From a virus, in IMG/VR virus record IMGVR_UViG_3300024336_000009, positions 7,795 to 71,794 of that record: a stretch of DNA of 64,000 nt; one strand, 5' to 3'. Position 1 is the stretch's first letter, and each line of letters starts with the position of its first letter. A program made the translations under genes and the position numbers. Positions 31,456 through 41,623 of this stretch are shown here, in pieces. The notes beneath the pieces are model-generated. The model had not been told where the DNA came from, ran no database searches, and saw nothing but the letters and a program-made list of their open reading frames with translations.

Positions 31456-31911
31456 TTATTTGCCTGTACTGCCGATCCCACCAGTTCCACGATCTGAATC
31501 TGATAACTCGTTTACTATCGACATATAAAATGATTGGAGCGTTGGAGCCACAATCTGTAATAACCTGTCTCCCGCAGAAATTAGATAATCACGATCACTG
31601 TGGTTATCAAATAGTGCCATAATTTCACCACGATACCCAGCATCTACTAATCCGATTGAATTTGATAATCGGAGTGGTGTTTTTGAAATGCTCGATCGTG
31701 GATAAATGTTAAATGATACCGCTTCATTCATACCATAAAACATTTCACAGGCAATTCCCATTTTTATTTGCCTACCCAAAGTTCCAGCTGGGATCATTAC
31801 ATCATCGGGGCAGAATAAATCCAACCCAGAATCTCCTTGGTGATAATGGGTATGATTTTTATATAGTTCTGCTACATCATCTCGTAGTGGTTTTATTCTT
31901 AATGTGTACAT
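31456..31911 (-). CDS. dut: Trimeric dUTPase
   Basis: DSGLDL, PRSS, GLVDAGYRGE, RLLQ, RGTGGIGSTG. Confidence 0.95.
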   Translation of the reverse strand: MYTLRIKPLRDDVAELYKNHTHYHQGDSGLDLFCPDDVMIPAGTLGRQIKMGIACEMFYGMNEAVSFNIYPRSSISKTPLRLSNSIGLVDAGYRGEIMALFDNHSDRDYLISAGDRLLQIVAPTLQSFYMSIVNELSDSDRGTGGIGSTGK

Positions 31912-31912
31912 A

Positions 31913-32092
31913 TTAATTTTCCGGCTTAAAATTAATGGTTAAATTTTTCAATTGACCATCATTTTGGCGTTCCCAACTAATCGAATCAACCGAGCACAGA
32001 TTTATTCCCATATTGTTGGGGATGGTTTCAAGTGGCAATGGACTTTTACCATTATGGATTAGTTCTTCGATTTTCATTGTAATTCTTTTCAT
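31913..32092 (-). CDS. Small hypothetical protein (MKRITMKIEEL...)
   Basis: ATG just after the RNR stop, AGGA RBS. Confidence 0.45.
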   Translation of the reverse strand: MKRITMKIEELIHNGKSPLPLETIPNNMGINLCSVDSISWERQNDGQLKNLTINFKPEN

Positions 32093-32093
32093 A

Positions 32094-35000
32094 TTATTTT
32101 TCCTTTTGTTCTTCTTCAATTTGTGCCCACTCGGCATCGATCTCGCATACGTCAGTTCCACAGTATTTGTCTGGATTTGCCATTTCACCGTCAACATGTA
32201 AAAAACTCAAATATTTCAATCCAGATAGGATTTCATCATATTTCTCTTCAGTAATTTCTTCGTATGGCATTTGTCTATATGCACCTTTTTCAACCTTAGG
32301 CAAGAATGATATACCTTTCAATTGATATTGGTAATAGTTTAACGCGTGTTTTAATTGAGGACCTTCAGTTTCAGGATCAAACGTGATCGTACAACTAACA
32401 GCATTGTCCGCCCAATGCCGTTGCATAAACGCCGCTAGAGCCAACTGCTCCCACATAGTTAAGTCCTGCTTTGTCCTAATTCCGTCTCCCTCATCGATTG
32501 GAATTTCCAATACTACTGTGCTTTCTTCACTACCATATGCGGGTTCGATCTTATAACCAGCGGCTTCAAGTGGTTTTATCAGTTTACTATTCTTAGATAA
32601 TCTAACACGCCTGATGTAAAATCGGCTCTCTGGATAATGTAATCCGGGAGTTGATCCAGCTAATAATGACACCGTGCCACTCGGTTTGACACTTGTAATT
32701 TTTATACTCTTATTGATGCATAACCAATCTGAATACATTGTGTCCCACTTTTTAATTTCAACATACCCATCTTCTAACCATTCCCTAAGTACCCCCAAGC
32801 CCCTATTTGTGATAAACTGTGCAATACCAGATACAGATGTTCCAATTCTACGATTCCTGAGCATGACTCTATTTGTATCAGGCCAATGAGTTTTCCCAAG
32901 TGTGACCGTTTTTGCATAGAGATATGCATATTTCAATGTCCGTAGATAATCTTCTTTTGACGTATGATTATTGGGGAATGTTTCTACAAGACAACACAAT
33001 TCATATGATTCGAGCGATTGTTCTAAGCAATTATGAATAAATATTCCAGACGATTCCATATATTTATCGTCAACATTTGACGTTATTATTCCAAAATTAT
33101 GGGTATTTTCAACTGTCATATCATAAACATCTTCATGTCCATAAAATTCAATGGACAATACTTTATGATTCCAAATGCCCCTATTTTCCATTCCCCGCTT
33201 AACATTGGAACAGGAGTAACTACAGGTTTTTCTAGTAGAAGCTTGATGTTCGGTTAATGTTTTTTGTTTATTACAAACTGGGCATTTCCAATCAACCCAA
33301 ATTGTTTTTTCTTTCATTTTATCGGATATATGATTTCTAACTTCGGCGGTCATTCCATTTTTAATAGATTCTGTCATGAAATCTTTTTGATTTTCCCAAT
33401 TTTCCTTCGATTTCTCACCTATGGATTTTAATGTGGATTTTTTATGATATTTGCCATACATTGGATTATTTTCCGATAAATTATATCCTCTTTCTTCCCT
33501 TGTATTTTTCATCTTTTCTACACATTCCGGATTGTGCATTGGATTGTCAATTAATCTATGCAAACTACTATGCTCAGATTGTGTAATAATATCCAAATTA
33601 TCCCATTCATCGTTTGTTTTATCAAAATCCACATGATGAATAGCATACTTTTTAGCGTCAGGCATATATCCAATTTTATTTTCCGTGATAAGTCTGTATT
33701 GCCTTATTCCACTCGCCTTTTTACCCGTTCCACTTATATTTCTATAACCTCTATTAAAACTATTAAATGGAAATATCGAATCCCCTTCTTGCAAATCTTT
33801 AAGTTCTTTATACACGCCAGACCTTAACATAATTTTATGATTGGGAGTTGCCAATAAAGTAGAACCATCGTCTAAAATTAATTTCCATATTTCAGCATTT
33901 TCTTGTGTTTTCCAAGTTTTAATTGACTGACTTATTATTACTTTCCCATCATCATTAACTGAATAAACTGGATATATCGTATTTACCAAATCTTTAATAG
34001 GGATGGCGTTTCTACCATCCGCCACCGCAATTAAAGTATCTCCGACAACACAAGGATTGCCACCCTTTACCTTATGATCAATATTATCTTTGCCATTTTT
34101 CATTCTGGAATACCCCTGCATATTTTCTAACCATGCAAATCCAGGTTCTCCATTTTTAACCACACGTTCGCACGCTTCCGTATAATCCATGCCCAGTTCG
34201 GCAAAGATTGAATTATTAGAAGTCCATCCAAATTCTTCACGTTGTGGGTTTACCTCATAATTTTTAAGGTCAAGATACTCGGTATCATTGGGATCACCGA
34301 ATACGATTTCAGCTGTACGCCTTACGTTTCCAGCAACCACACATTTGCCAATATGGTTCATAATGTCCACAATAGTTGTGATTGTAATTGGGGCACCGAT
34401 ATTATCTTGCAATGTATCCCTCACACGTTCAATGGCATCTTCCAATGGTTTATACCCACTAGACGTTCCACCAAATCCTTTGATTGGTTCTCCCTCACCC
34501 CTGATTAATGAATAATCAAATTCCATCACAGATGTTCCTTGAAAGTAGCTTTCGATTACAAGTTTCATTGCCTCTACCCAACCTTCACGAGAATCTGGAA
34601 CTTGGTATATTTCAACTGGTCTAGTCATATTGGGACCTTTGACAATAAGTGCCCCAGCTCCCTTTGTATCAAATCCAACGCCAACGCCCAGCATCGACGC
34701 ATCCATAAGAAATGTAAATGGCTTGGCCAAATCATCCTTAAGATTTTCAGTAGATACAAACGCACAATTATTAAGTGCGGCATACAATCCCTTTTCTTCG
34801 GTGATGGGAGTACCCATTGCCCACAATCCACGTCCGGGTGGTAAAAATTTCATTTCAAATATACGCTCGTACATTTCTTGTGCCGATCGCTGTGCTTGCC
34901 ATGCATTCCATCCCAGACCGTCATTTTCTATGGATTTCTTCTGCATACTATATGTACCTTCAACTACACGCTGGACAGTTTCCCACCATTGTTCGTTTGA

Positions 35001-35126
35001 ACCATCCTCTTTAATGCGTGAATATGTCCTCATATACACCAATGCCCCGAGACCGTTAAACCCAAAGGGTGCCCGTTTTCTCTTAAACCCATCTATAAAT
35101 TTATCCGATAATTTAAAATTTATCAT
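32094..35126 (-). CDS. nrdJ: Class II (B12-dependent, monomeric RTPR-type) ribonucleotide reductase with intein
   Basis: FLPPGRGLW, NNCAF, VVAGNVRRTAE, NP|C.EQ, CCLVE, VKPSGTVS, C-terminal CGTDVC. Confidence 0.92.
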   Translation of the reverse strand: MINFKLSDKFIDGFKRKRAPFGFNGLGALVYMRTYSRIKEDGSNEQWWETVQRVVEGTYSMQKKSIENDGLGWNAWQAQRSAQEMYERIFEMKFLPPGRGLWAMGTPITEEKGLYAALNNCAFVSTENLKDDLAKPFTFLMDASMLGVGVGFDTKGAGALIVKGPNMTRPVEIYQVPDSREGWVEAMKLVIESYFQGTSVMEFDYSLIRGEGEPIKGFGGTSSGYKPLEDAIERVRDTLQDNIGAPITITTIVDIMNHIGKCVVAGNVRRTAEIVFGDPNDTEYLDLKNYEVNPQREEFGWTSNNSIFAELGMDYTEACERVVKNGEPGFAWLENMQGYSRMKNGKDNIDHKVKGGNPCVVGDTLIAVADGRNAIPIKDLVNTIYPVYSVNDDGKVIISQSIKTWKTQENAEIWKLILDDGSTLLATPNHKIMLRSGVYKELKDLQEGDSIFPFNSFNRGYRNISGTGKKASGIRQYRLITENKIGYMPDAKKYAIHHVDFDKTNDEWDNLDIITQSEHSSLHRLIDNPMHNPECVEKMKNTREERGYNLSENNPMYGKYHKKSTLKSIGEKSKENWENQKDFMTESIKNGMTAEVRNHISDKMKEKTIWVDWKCPVCNKQKTLTEHQASTRKTCSYSCSNVKRGMENRGIWNHKVLSIEFYGHEDVYDMTVENTHNFGIITSNVDDKYMESSGIFIHNCLEQSLESYELCCLVETFPNNHTSKEDYLRTLKYAYLYAKTVTLGKTHWPDTNRVMLRNRRIGTSVSGIAQFITNRGLGVLREWLEDGYVEIKKWDTMYSDWLCINKSIKITSVKPSGTVSLLAGSTPGLHYPESRFYIRRVRLSKNSKLIKPLEAAGYKIEPAYGSEESTVVLEIPIDEGDGIRTKQDLTMWEQLALAAFMQRHWADNAVSCTITFDPETEGPQLKHALNYYQYQLKGISFLPKVEKGAYRQMPYEEITEEKYDEILSGLKYLSFLHVDGEMANPDKYCGTDVCEIDAEWAQIEEEQKEK
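33030..34052 (-). mobile_element. Intein (341 aa) with HNH endonuclease and NUMOD-type segments
   Basis: Starts CVVGDTLI, block B ATPNHKI, HHVDFDKTNDEWDNL, block F VYDMTVENTHNF, ends IHN before Cys. Confidence 0.9.
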
Positions 35127-35136
35127 TTATTTTCTC

Positions 35137-36528
35137 CTACTCGTACCCATCCAATTTTTTCTCTCCATCATCATTCATTAAATCTTTGTATCTATTTTTC
35201 AATTCCTTACGGACATATTCATCCCCGTTATTCATTTTTTTCTGTTGCTCTTTACCGCCAAAACTCTGACCTTCAAAGATTTCTATTTTTCCTACATTCG
35301 TGTTCATATTCATTGGCAGGGTTATTCCATCCTGACCAAATCTATTTTTAATCACATGACACCTAGCCGTATTTGCAATCTTATCAGACACCTGCCTGCT
35401 AATAGACATTACAAAATCTGCTGTCATTACTTTTGAATAATCTTCAGCGACTTTAGACGCATCAATTATTTCTTCTTCCAGTGCACTACGATTAGCTTGA
35501 GATGCAGTCCATACTGGAATATTGAATTCCCCAGCCATGCCCCTCAAATCTTCATAGATATTACCAAGTTGAAATCTTTTTTCTGTAGCACCCGACGCGT
35601 CTCTTAAAATATCAGCATAATCAACTACAACCAAATCTGGTATAATATTCTGAATTTCCATTTGTTTCAAGTGTGCCGCAATCGTTTGTACCGATGCCGA
35701 TCTTGTCGGCCAGTATTTGATTATCATTTTTCCCGGTAATGCATCAATTACAGCTTTCACTTCATCTTGATGATATTTAATGTTTGCGGTTGGTATTCCA
35801 CTAATGATAGTATCATATCTCAACCCAACATAATTTTGGTTTAATTCCAGTGTATAATGTACTACTGTTAAACCCTTTTTTACACCATGAGCGGCTACGG
35901 TTTGTAGCACCCAAGTTTTTCCAATTCCAGCCGGTGCAACCACAACTATCAATTCTCCAGCTCCAGCTCCCCCGTCCATTAATTCTGTGATAGAATCCCA
36001 AGGGGTTTCTACCGTATCTCTAACGCTTTTTGTCAATCGTTCCTCCAAGCCCACAATATAATCATGGCCTATATCTCGTTCTGATCCAGCTTTAAGGGCA
36101 CCATCAATTAACCCCTTAATCGAATCGTATTCTTTATTCTGTAATAGGTCAACCGATTTTATAATCGCATTTTTTAGGATTTGGTTTTTGCAAAATTCTA
36201 AGGACTCCTCTTTGATAAATTCCAAGTCCGTGGATTCCATTTGTTGCCACGCTTCTTTTAATTTAACAATGACCGATGCCTGTAGTATATCGTTCTGTAT
36301 ATCGTTTATTTTGATTTTTAATACATCCAGAGTTGGATTTGTTTTGTACTCAACATAATATTCTTTTATTATGTCCACTAGCCATTGATTGGCCTCACTA
36401 TCAAACATGACTGGTTCTAATATATCTCCAATTGTTTGAGAATACTTCGTATCAGCTAGTAATGAAGATATTACTTTTGTCTGAAATGAAGACCCATAAC
36501 CTGTGAATTTTGATTGCTCATCTGACAT
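35137..36528 (-). CDS. Replicative DnaB/gp41-like helicase
   Basis: APAGIGKT, YTLEL, VVDYAD, WTASQANR, KNRFG. Confidence 0.9.
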   Translation of the reverse strand: MSDEQSKFTGYGSSFQTKVISSLLADTKYSQTIGDILEPVMFDSEANQWLVDIIKEYYVEYKTNPTLDVLKIKINDIQNDILQASVIVKLKEAWQQMESTDLEFIKEESLEFCKNQILKNAIIKSVDLLQNKEYDSIKGLIDGALKAGSERDIGHDYIVGLEERLTKSVRDTVETPWDSITELMDGGAGAGELIVVVAPAGIGKTWVLQTVAAHGVKKGLTVVHYTLELNQNYVGLRYDTIISGIPTANIKYHQDEVKAVIDALPGKMIIKYWPTRSASVQTIAAHLKQMEIQNIIPDLVVVDYADILRDASGATEKRFQLGNIYEDLRGMAGEFNIPVWTASQANRSALEEEIIDASKVAEDYSKVMTADFVMSISRQVSDKIANTARCHVIKNRFGQDGITLPMNMNTNVGKIEIFEGQSFGGKEQQKKMNNGDEYVRKELKNRYKDLMNDDGEKKLDGYE

Positions 36529-36635
36529 AAAAATTTGTTCCTTTAATCCCGTGACCTATGTTCTTTTCCGTGTATATAGATATCGTATATATGGCAAAAA
36601 ACGCTGATATATTTTCAATTATATTCATTTATTTT

Positions 36636-36815
36636 TTACTCATCGTATAATTTTTTCATTCGGTCACGTTTGGCCTTTTCTATTTTTTTAGCGCGATAAC
36701 GCTCTCTAGCCTTTTTCAATATTTCTTTTTTATTGCGTTCATAATGATCGGCCTGCCATTTCTTTTGGGCCTCTTTGCGTTCTTCTACGGTATTATACTT
36801 CTTGTTTCTTCCCAT
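36636..36815 (-). CDS. Small basic helical protein (MGRNKKYNTVEERKEAQKKW...), copy 3
   Basis: Paralog of copies at 19629 and 23102. Confidence 0.6.
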   Translation of the reverse strand: MGRNKKYNTVEERKEAQKKWQADHYERNKKEILKKARERYRAKKIEKAKRDRMKKLYDE

Positions 36816-37863
36816 TATGCTCTCTTGCAAATTTATCCAATGTTAAAAATGATTGGTTCAACCAAGTGTCCACATTTGGAATTGATTGTTGCAATTGATC
36901 TTGGATAAATCTTTTCTCAAATTTTAGCTTATTCAGTTGCTGATGTTCACCGTCAATGGCGGATAGAATTTTGAATTTGGAAGCATTACTAATGTCCACT
37001 TCATTCAATTGCATCAGCTTCCAATTCAAATGTAATATATTTTCATTGTCTATCACATTTTCATATACTTTCAATTTGTTCTCTTGTGACTTGGCATGCT
37101 GTATTAAATCTTCGATTTTCATATTTACATTTTCATCCAGAATATCCGGAAATCTTTTTATAATTGTTTTGATTTTTGCTCCACCTACCCCAGGAATATT
37201 ATCCGATACGTCACCTTCCATGATTCTATATGCTAAGAAATTATTAGGTGGAATTTGGTATTCTTCCTTTATTCTCTCTGGTGTATATAATATTTTTTTG
37301 GTAGGAGACCAAACTGAAATCCTGTCACTAACCAACTGCAAGAAATCTTTGTCGGTGCTCATAAATGTGATTTTACTATCGGTCAAAACCTGCTTCGCGA
37401 TGTACGCCATTGTATCGTCCGCTTCAATATTCTCTATAACTACCAATGACAATGGGAGTGTTCCCAGATAATCTATCGTCTTGCGTAATTGCATCATCAT
37501 TGATTCGTGTTCATCTTCAGCGGTACTATACACGTCACCCCTATTTAATTTGGAGATTTTCCGTTTGCCTTTGTATTCAGGAAATAATTTTCTCCTGCGC
37601 ACTGATCCACCCTTACCGTCAAATGTAACTATCAGTCGGGTAGGATTTAATGTTTTTACTGTGAATGCTAGAGACCTCAAGAATCCAACTATACCCCCGA
37701 CATGAGCACCATTGGTGTTAGTCATTGGTACGGCACTGAATGCTCGGATGAATGTGTTCAATCCATCTACTATTAATACCCTGCTATTAAATTCTAAATC
37801 TTCTATTTCATCATGTTCCTTTTGAATCTGATCAAATATTCTTTGCAACGTCTGTTTATTCAT
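36793..37863 (-). CDS. 5'-3' exonuclease/flap endonuclease (T4 RNase H-like)
   Basis: IVDGLN, FDG, YKGKR, EADD, STDKDFLQL, GDVSDNIPGV. Confidence 0.9.
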   Translation of the reverse strand: MNKQTLQRIFDQIQKEHDEIEDLEFNSRVLIVDGLNTFIRAFSAVPMTNTNGAHVGGIVGFLRSLAFTVKTLNPTRLIVTFDGKGGSVRRRKLFPEYKGKRKISKLNRGDVYSTAEDEHESMMMQLRKTIDYLGTLPLSLVVIENIEADDTMAYIAKQVLTDSKITFMSTDKDFLQLVSDRISVWSPTKKILYTPERIKEEYQIPPNNFLAYRIMEGDVSDNIPGVGGAKIKTIIKRFPDILDENVNMKIEDLIQHAKSQENKLKVYENVIDNENILHLNWKLMQLNEVDISNASKFKILSAIDGEHQQLNKLKFEKRFIQDQLQQSIPNVDTWLNQSFLTLDKFAREHNGKKQEV

Positions 37864-37967
37864 AATTCCTTTCGTAAAAAGGGGCATTTTCAAGTTTTAT
37901 ATATTTATGTATGTATTATTGGAGTTCATAACCCAAAACAAAAACACCCCTAATTTGATAGAAGATT

Positions 37968-39092
37968 CTATTCTTCTTCTAAAACCTCGTCATCCGGTTC
38001 TTCTGGAACCGTTTCTACTACGATTTCTTCATCGTCATTTGCGACATTTCTATACTTCAATATAACATTTTCGCATATTTGTTGATATAGATATTCTTTC
38101 AATTTGGGATTCTTTTCAAGAACTTCCTCAAATTTCTTAGCTTGGAATTTTATCGATTTATCTTCATACTCAATTGTGTACCAAGCTCCAGCTTGTTTTA
38201 TAATCTTATATGCGGCCAATATCCTGATCCAACTTCCCAAGTCGTCAATGCCAGAGGCAAAATCGAGCTGAAATTCGGCTTTTCTCAATGGTGGTCCCAT
38301 TCTATTTTTGATTACTTGGGCTCCAATTTTCATCCCAATTATCCGTTCCTTTGTACCAGTACCAACTTTTATTCTGCCCATATTCTTCAATCGTATTCTA
38401 ACTGAAGCGTGGAATGGCAGAGCCTTACCACCAGAAGTAGTCCATGGATCACCAAATCCCACTCCCAATTTTTGCCTTAATTGATTTGTAAATACTAACG
38501 CCACACGTTGTTTGCCAATCGTCTGGGTAATTTTTCTCATGGCTTTTGAAATCACAATAGCTTTGGTCGTTGCCCAACCATCCTTATCATAATCGGCTTC
38601 CATCTCAACTTTTGTACTAGCAGCGGCAATACTGTCAACTAATATAGTAACCAATCGACCTTTTTCCGTTTCTCTAGTTTTGAGTATAATACTTTCGATG
38701 TGTTCGAAAATTTCTTCAACGGTTTCAACATGATCATAAATCATATTTCTAACATCAACGCCAATCGCTGTTAAAAACTGTGGACTAACAGATGTTTCCG
38801 TATCAATGTAAATGGCCACCCCACCCTTTTTTTGAGTATTGGCTAGGATATGGGCACCGATAAGACTTTTACCGGTTCCTTCAAGTCCATTAAATTCTGT
38901 GATTCTACCTACTGGTATTCCTCCATGTGGAATATTAGATATTGCTAAATCTAATTCAGACGATCCCGTTGAAATTCAATCGGATACGTCCGTAGGTGTT
39001 GATTCTCCATCCAGAAAATATGCAACTGTATCATCAGCGGCACTATTCAATGAATCGGCAATTACTGAGGCTAATTCGTCTCGATCTCTCAT
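37968..39092 (-). CDS. recA: RecA/UvsX recombinase, TGA=Trp at 38976 (codon 39)
   Basis: GGAG RBS, ATG 39092; DVSD-W-ISTGSSELDLAI, GRITEFNGLEGTGKS, IDTE, VDSIAA, FTNQLR, GGKALPFHASVR. Confidence 0.9.
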
Positions 39093-39109
39093 ATGCGTCT
39101 CCTAAATTA

Positions 39110-39129
39110 AGGGGGACCGAAGTCCCCCT
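39110..39129 (-). terminator. Intercistronic C(UUCG)G hairpin between ssb and recA
   Basis: AGGGGGAC-TTCG-GTCCCCCT on the minus strand; short U tail, so a terminator or stabilising hairpin. Confidence 0.6.
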
Positions 39130-39142
39130 ATTATTATTTATC

Positions 39143-39904
39143 TTATTTCTTTTCCGCGAAAATTTCATCAAAATTATCAATTGATGAAGCTTCGATGGAT
39201 TCTTGCATTTGAGATTTCGTAACACCCTCACCATCATCGGACGCTTCTTCGTCGTCTGGGCTAAGGTATGCGTTTAGAGCTTCAGCTAGTTCATCATAAG
39301 TGAGCTCCTGATAAATTTCACGAATATCCTTCTGTTCATTCAAGAATTTATCTAACTGTGCTTTGTTATCTGTTAATGGAGTGACATTCGGCTTTACGCG
39401 AATGGTCGTTTTTGGGAAGTTTGCATTCAGCTCTTCTGCTGATTTGTATTCCACGAGGACATCACGACCACTTGTTGGGTCGACAATATCACCGTAATCT
39501 GGATCAGACATGAATCCTAAAAGTTCTTGGTAAACGGTTTTACCAAAACCCCAGAACTTAACGCCCTGATCTTCTTCACCACGTACTATAATAGGAACAT
39601 AAGTTCTCATTTTTGCACTCAGTTTCTTGGACAATTTCCAACCTTCGGAGTCGCCTGAAGCACGGAGCTTCTTAGCGAAATCTTCAATTGGGTCTGGTCT
39701 TTGAAATGATGTTGGGGATAGGTAGTTTTTTCCACCTAGATCATAGTGAAAGTACAGCTCAATAAATGGATTATCCATATCCATTTTATAAGGTACTAAT
39801 CTGATTAGGTTTCTACCTGGGGAAGGTTTCCACAGGTTGTTTACACGGTGGTTTGATGATTCAAGTTGTTCTAGTCGCTTCTTCAATGCATTAATATCGG
39901 TCAT
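39143..39904 (-). CDS. Single-stranded DNA-binding protein (gp32-like)
   Basis: LWKP..G...IRLVP, NPFIELYFHY, FWGFGKTVY, YGDI.DP..GRD, acidic C-terminus. Confidence 0.8.
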   Translation of the reverse strand: MTDINALKKRLEQLESSNHRVNNLWKPSPGRNLIRLVPYKMDMDNPFIELYFHYDLGGKNYLSPTSFQRPDPIEDFAKKLRASGDSEGWKLSKKLSAKMRTYVPIIVRGEEDQGVKFWGFGKTVYQELLGFMSDPDYGDIVDPTSGRDVLVEYKSAEELNANFPKTTIRVKPNVTPLTDNKAQLDKFLNEQKDIREIYQELTYDELAEALNAYLSPDDEEASDDGEGVTKSQMQESIEASSIDNFDEIFAEKK

Positions 39905-40066
39905 TATTTTTCTCCTAATTTTTCAATGCTTATTTGTTAATGTTTTACTTGTTACTATTTAATTATTCATTAAATAAAACCCTTTTCACATTAATATATA
40001 GTAAGCATGCGGAGAAAAACGCCGCTTTATTTCGCTATTTTTTAAAATAATCTTATGAAGTTTTTA

Positions 40067-40249
40067 TTATCTCAGATTCAAATTCCCCTCAATATCTACC
40101 ACTAAAAATTGTGCATTGGTTTGAATTTCCACTTCAAGCTTGACCGATTCTCCGGATTCAATGCGTTCCATTACTTGAGTATGGAGTGGAGCATTTTGAT
40201 ATATCAAATGATAATCATTTACATTTTTTGGAGTTAATACGACTTCCAT
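40067..40249 (-). CDS. Small early hypothetical protein
   Basis: 60-aa ORF. Confidence 0.45.
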   Translation of the reverse strand: MEVVLTPKNVNDYHLIYQNAPLHTQVMERIESGESVKLEVEIQTNAQFLVVDIEGNLNLR

Positions 40250-40360
40250 TATCCATTTTCCCTTGTATTATCGTTGGGATATGATGGCAATGTTTCAATC
40301 AATTTCATAAATCCCAATGCTACTGTTATTGACGCCAAAGCGCCCGATAGTAATACCATC

Positions 40361-40531
40361 TTAAATTTCCTCTACTCCCGATTCAAGTGCCCAGTTATAG
40401 AGACCTTCATCGTTCATAATCCACAATCTACGTTCGTCATCATCCAAATCGAAATTTGGTTGGTCGATAGCCGTTCGAATCATTAAATCCAATTCGGCTC
40501 TGTTGTCGTCAATAAATTCTTGTAATGTCAT
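40361..40531 (-). CDS. Small acidic early protein (MTLQEFIDDNRAELD...NDEGLYNWA)
   Basis: GAGGA RBS; not in the ORF track. Confidence 0.55.
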   Translation of the reverse strand: MTLQEFIDDNRAELDLMIRTAIDQPNFDLDDDERRLWIMNDEGLYNWALESGVEEI

Positions 40532-40532
40532 T

Positions 40533-40748
40533 TTAATTTTCCTCTTGTTCCATTTCTTCTATTAATACTGGAATAGTTTGGTCGTATGGATTTCCACCAT
40601 TTGCCCAGTTATCCAAGTGTGCCACTAAATACGCATCGACTGACATTTGATTATCAGTACCCGATACGGCTTCTTCGATTAATTCGATAGCCTCATTAAT
40701 TTTCATTTGAGCGTTTTCTAGCAATTCAATCTGATCACTTTTTGTCAT
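40533..40748 (-). CDS. Small acidic early protein
   Basis: 71-aa ORF with RBS. Confidence 0.55.
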   Translation of the reverse strand: MTKSDQIELLENAQMKINEAIELIEEAVSGTDNQMSVDAYLVAHLDNWANGGNPYDQTIPVLIEEMEQEEN

Positions 40749-40752
40749 TATA

Positions 40753-41028
40753 TTATCCTTTATAATTCTTAGCTATTAATGAACCGTCCCACGCCTTTTC
40801 AGCAGGGAAATCATATTTGTTAAATCCAGAGAAGTAACCAAAGGTGTTACCACCTAAAGCGACCACTGCTTTGTTTAGAAAATCAATGTACTGAAAAGCA
40901 ATACTCTTGCTCATTCGTACACCCTTTAACCGAGTGATTTCCTCACCAACTTTAACGAAAAAACCCTCTTCGTCTTTCATTAGTTCGTACTCAGTTTCAT
41001 ACCAAAATATTCCAGTTATTTTTCTCAT
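40753..41028 (-). CDS. Early hypothetical protein
   Basis: Start moved to the ATG after the GAGGA RBS, downstream of promoter copy 1. Confidence 0.55.
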   Translation of the reverse strand: MRKITGIFWYETEYELMKDEEGFFVKVGEEITRLKGVRMSKSIAFQYIDFLNKAVVALGGNTFGYFSGFNKYDFPAEKAWDGSLIAKNYKG

Positions 41029-41040
41029 TTGATTGTCCTC

Positions 41041-41086
41041 TCTTATCATACCTGAAGATACAAGAAAAAAATGACAATGTCAAGCG
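41041..41086 (-). promoter_or_regulatory. Sigma70-type early promoter, copy 1
   Basis: TTGACA-17 nt-TATCTT followed by CAGGTATGATAAGA. Confidence 0.8.
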
Positions 41087-41103
41087 TTATTTTGCTTTTT
41101 CGC

Positions 41104-41130
41104 AAAAAAAAAGCACCATTTCTGATGCTT
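41104..41130 (-). terminator. Rho-independent terminator
   Basis: GCATCA-GAAA-TGGTGC then T9. Confidence 0.75.
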
Positions 41131-41151
41131 TCTTCGGTGTACAAGTGTATC

Positions 41152-41520
41152 TTAACGACTCAATGCCATTTTGACATTCTCTGAGCGGAATTTGTAACTC
41201 CGCCCATTAACCACATTTTCAGCGATGATGGGCATCTTACGATTCCGAGTTTTCAAACCAGTGATACGGAATGTCTTGCCGTTTGACATGAATTCACGAC
41301 CCAAATCGGTTGGTTCCAAACCGTAGTAATGTGCCTCAGATTTAAAATCCAACGCCTCACGGGATTCCACACCGACCTCGCGGAACTCAAATTTGGGAGC
41401 GAATGAAAGTGAATCAAACTTCCCACCCTTATTCTCTACTTCCAAACCGTTCTTTGCAGCAAATTCTGCCAATACGGTTTCTAATTCTGTTCCTAATACA
41501 CGTGCGCGTCTTCTATCCAT
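41152..41520 (-). CDS. Early hypothetical protein
   Basis: GGAG RBS; YGL..DLGREF..GKTFRITGL..R..KMPI. Confidence 0.6.
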   Translation of the reverse strand: MDRRRARVLGTELETVLAEFAAKNGLEVENKGGKFDSLSFAPKFEFREVGVESREALDFKSEAHYYGLEPTDLGREFMSNGKTFRITGLKTRNRKMPIIAENVVNGRSYKFRSENVKMALSR

Positions 41521-41551
41521 TTTTTTCTCCAATTGTGTTTTGTTTTGACTT

Positions 41552-41613
41552 TCTTATCATACCTGAAGATACAAGATAAAAATGACAAAGTCAAGCGTTT
41601 TCTGCTATTATTT
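41552..41613 (-). promoter_or_regulatory. Sigma70-type early promoter, copy 2 (about 60 bp identical to copy 3)
   Basis: TTGACT-17 nt-TATCTT with AT-rich upstream element. Confidence 0.8.
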
Positions 41614-41623
41614 TAATTTATTT

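Noticed and set aside
41029-41049. ORF starts MIREDNQ (41049) and MIREEIP (44898)
   Set aside because: The ATG is part of the repeated promoter leader and precedes the GAGGA RBS; the real starts are likely downstream.
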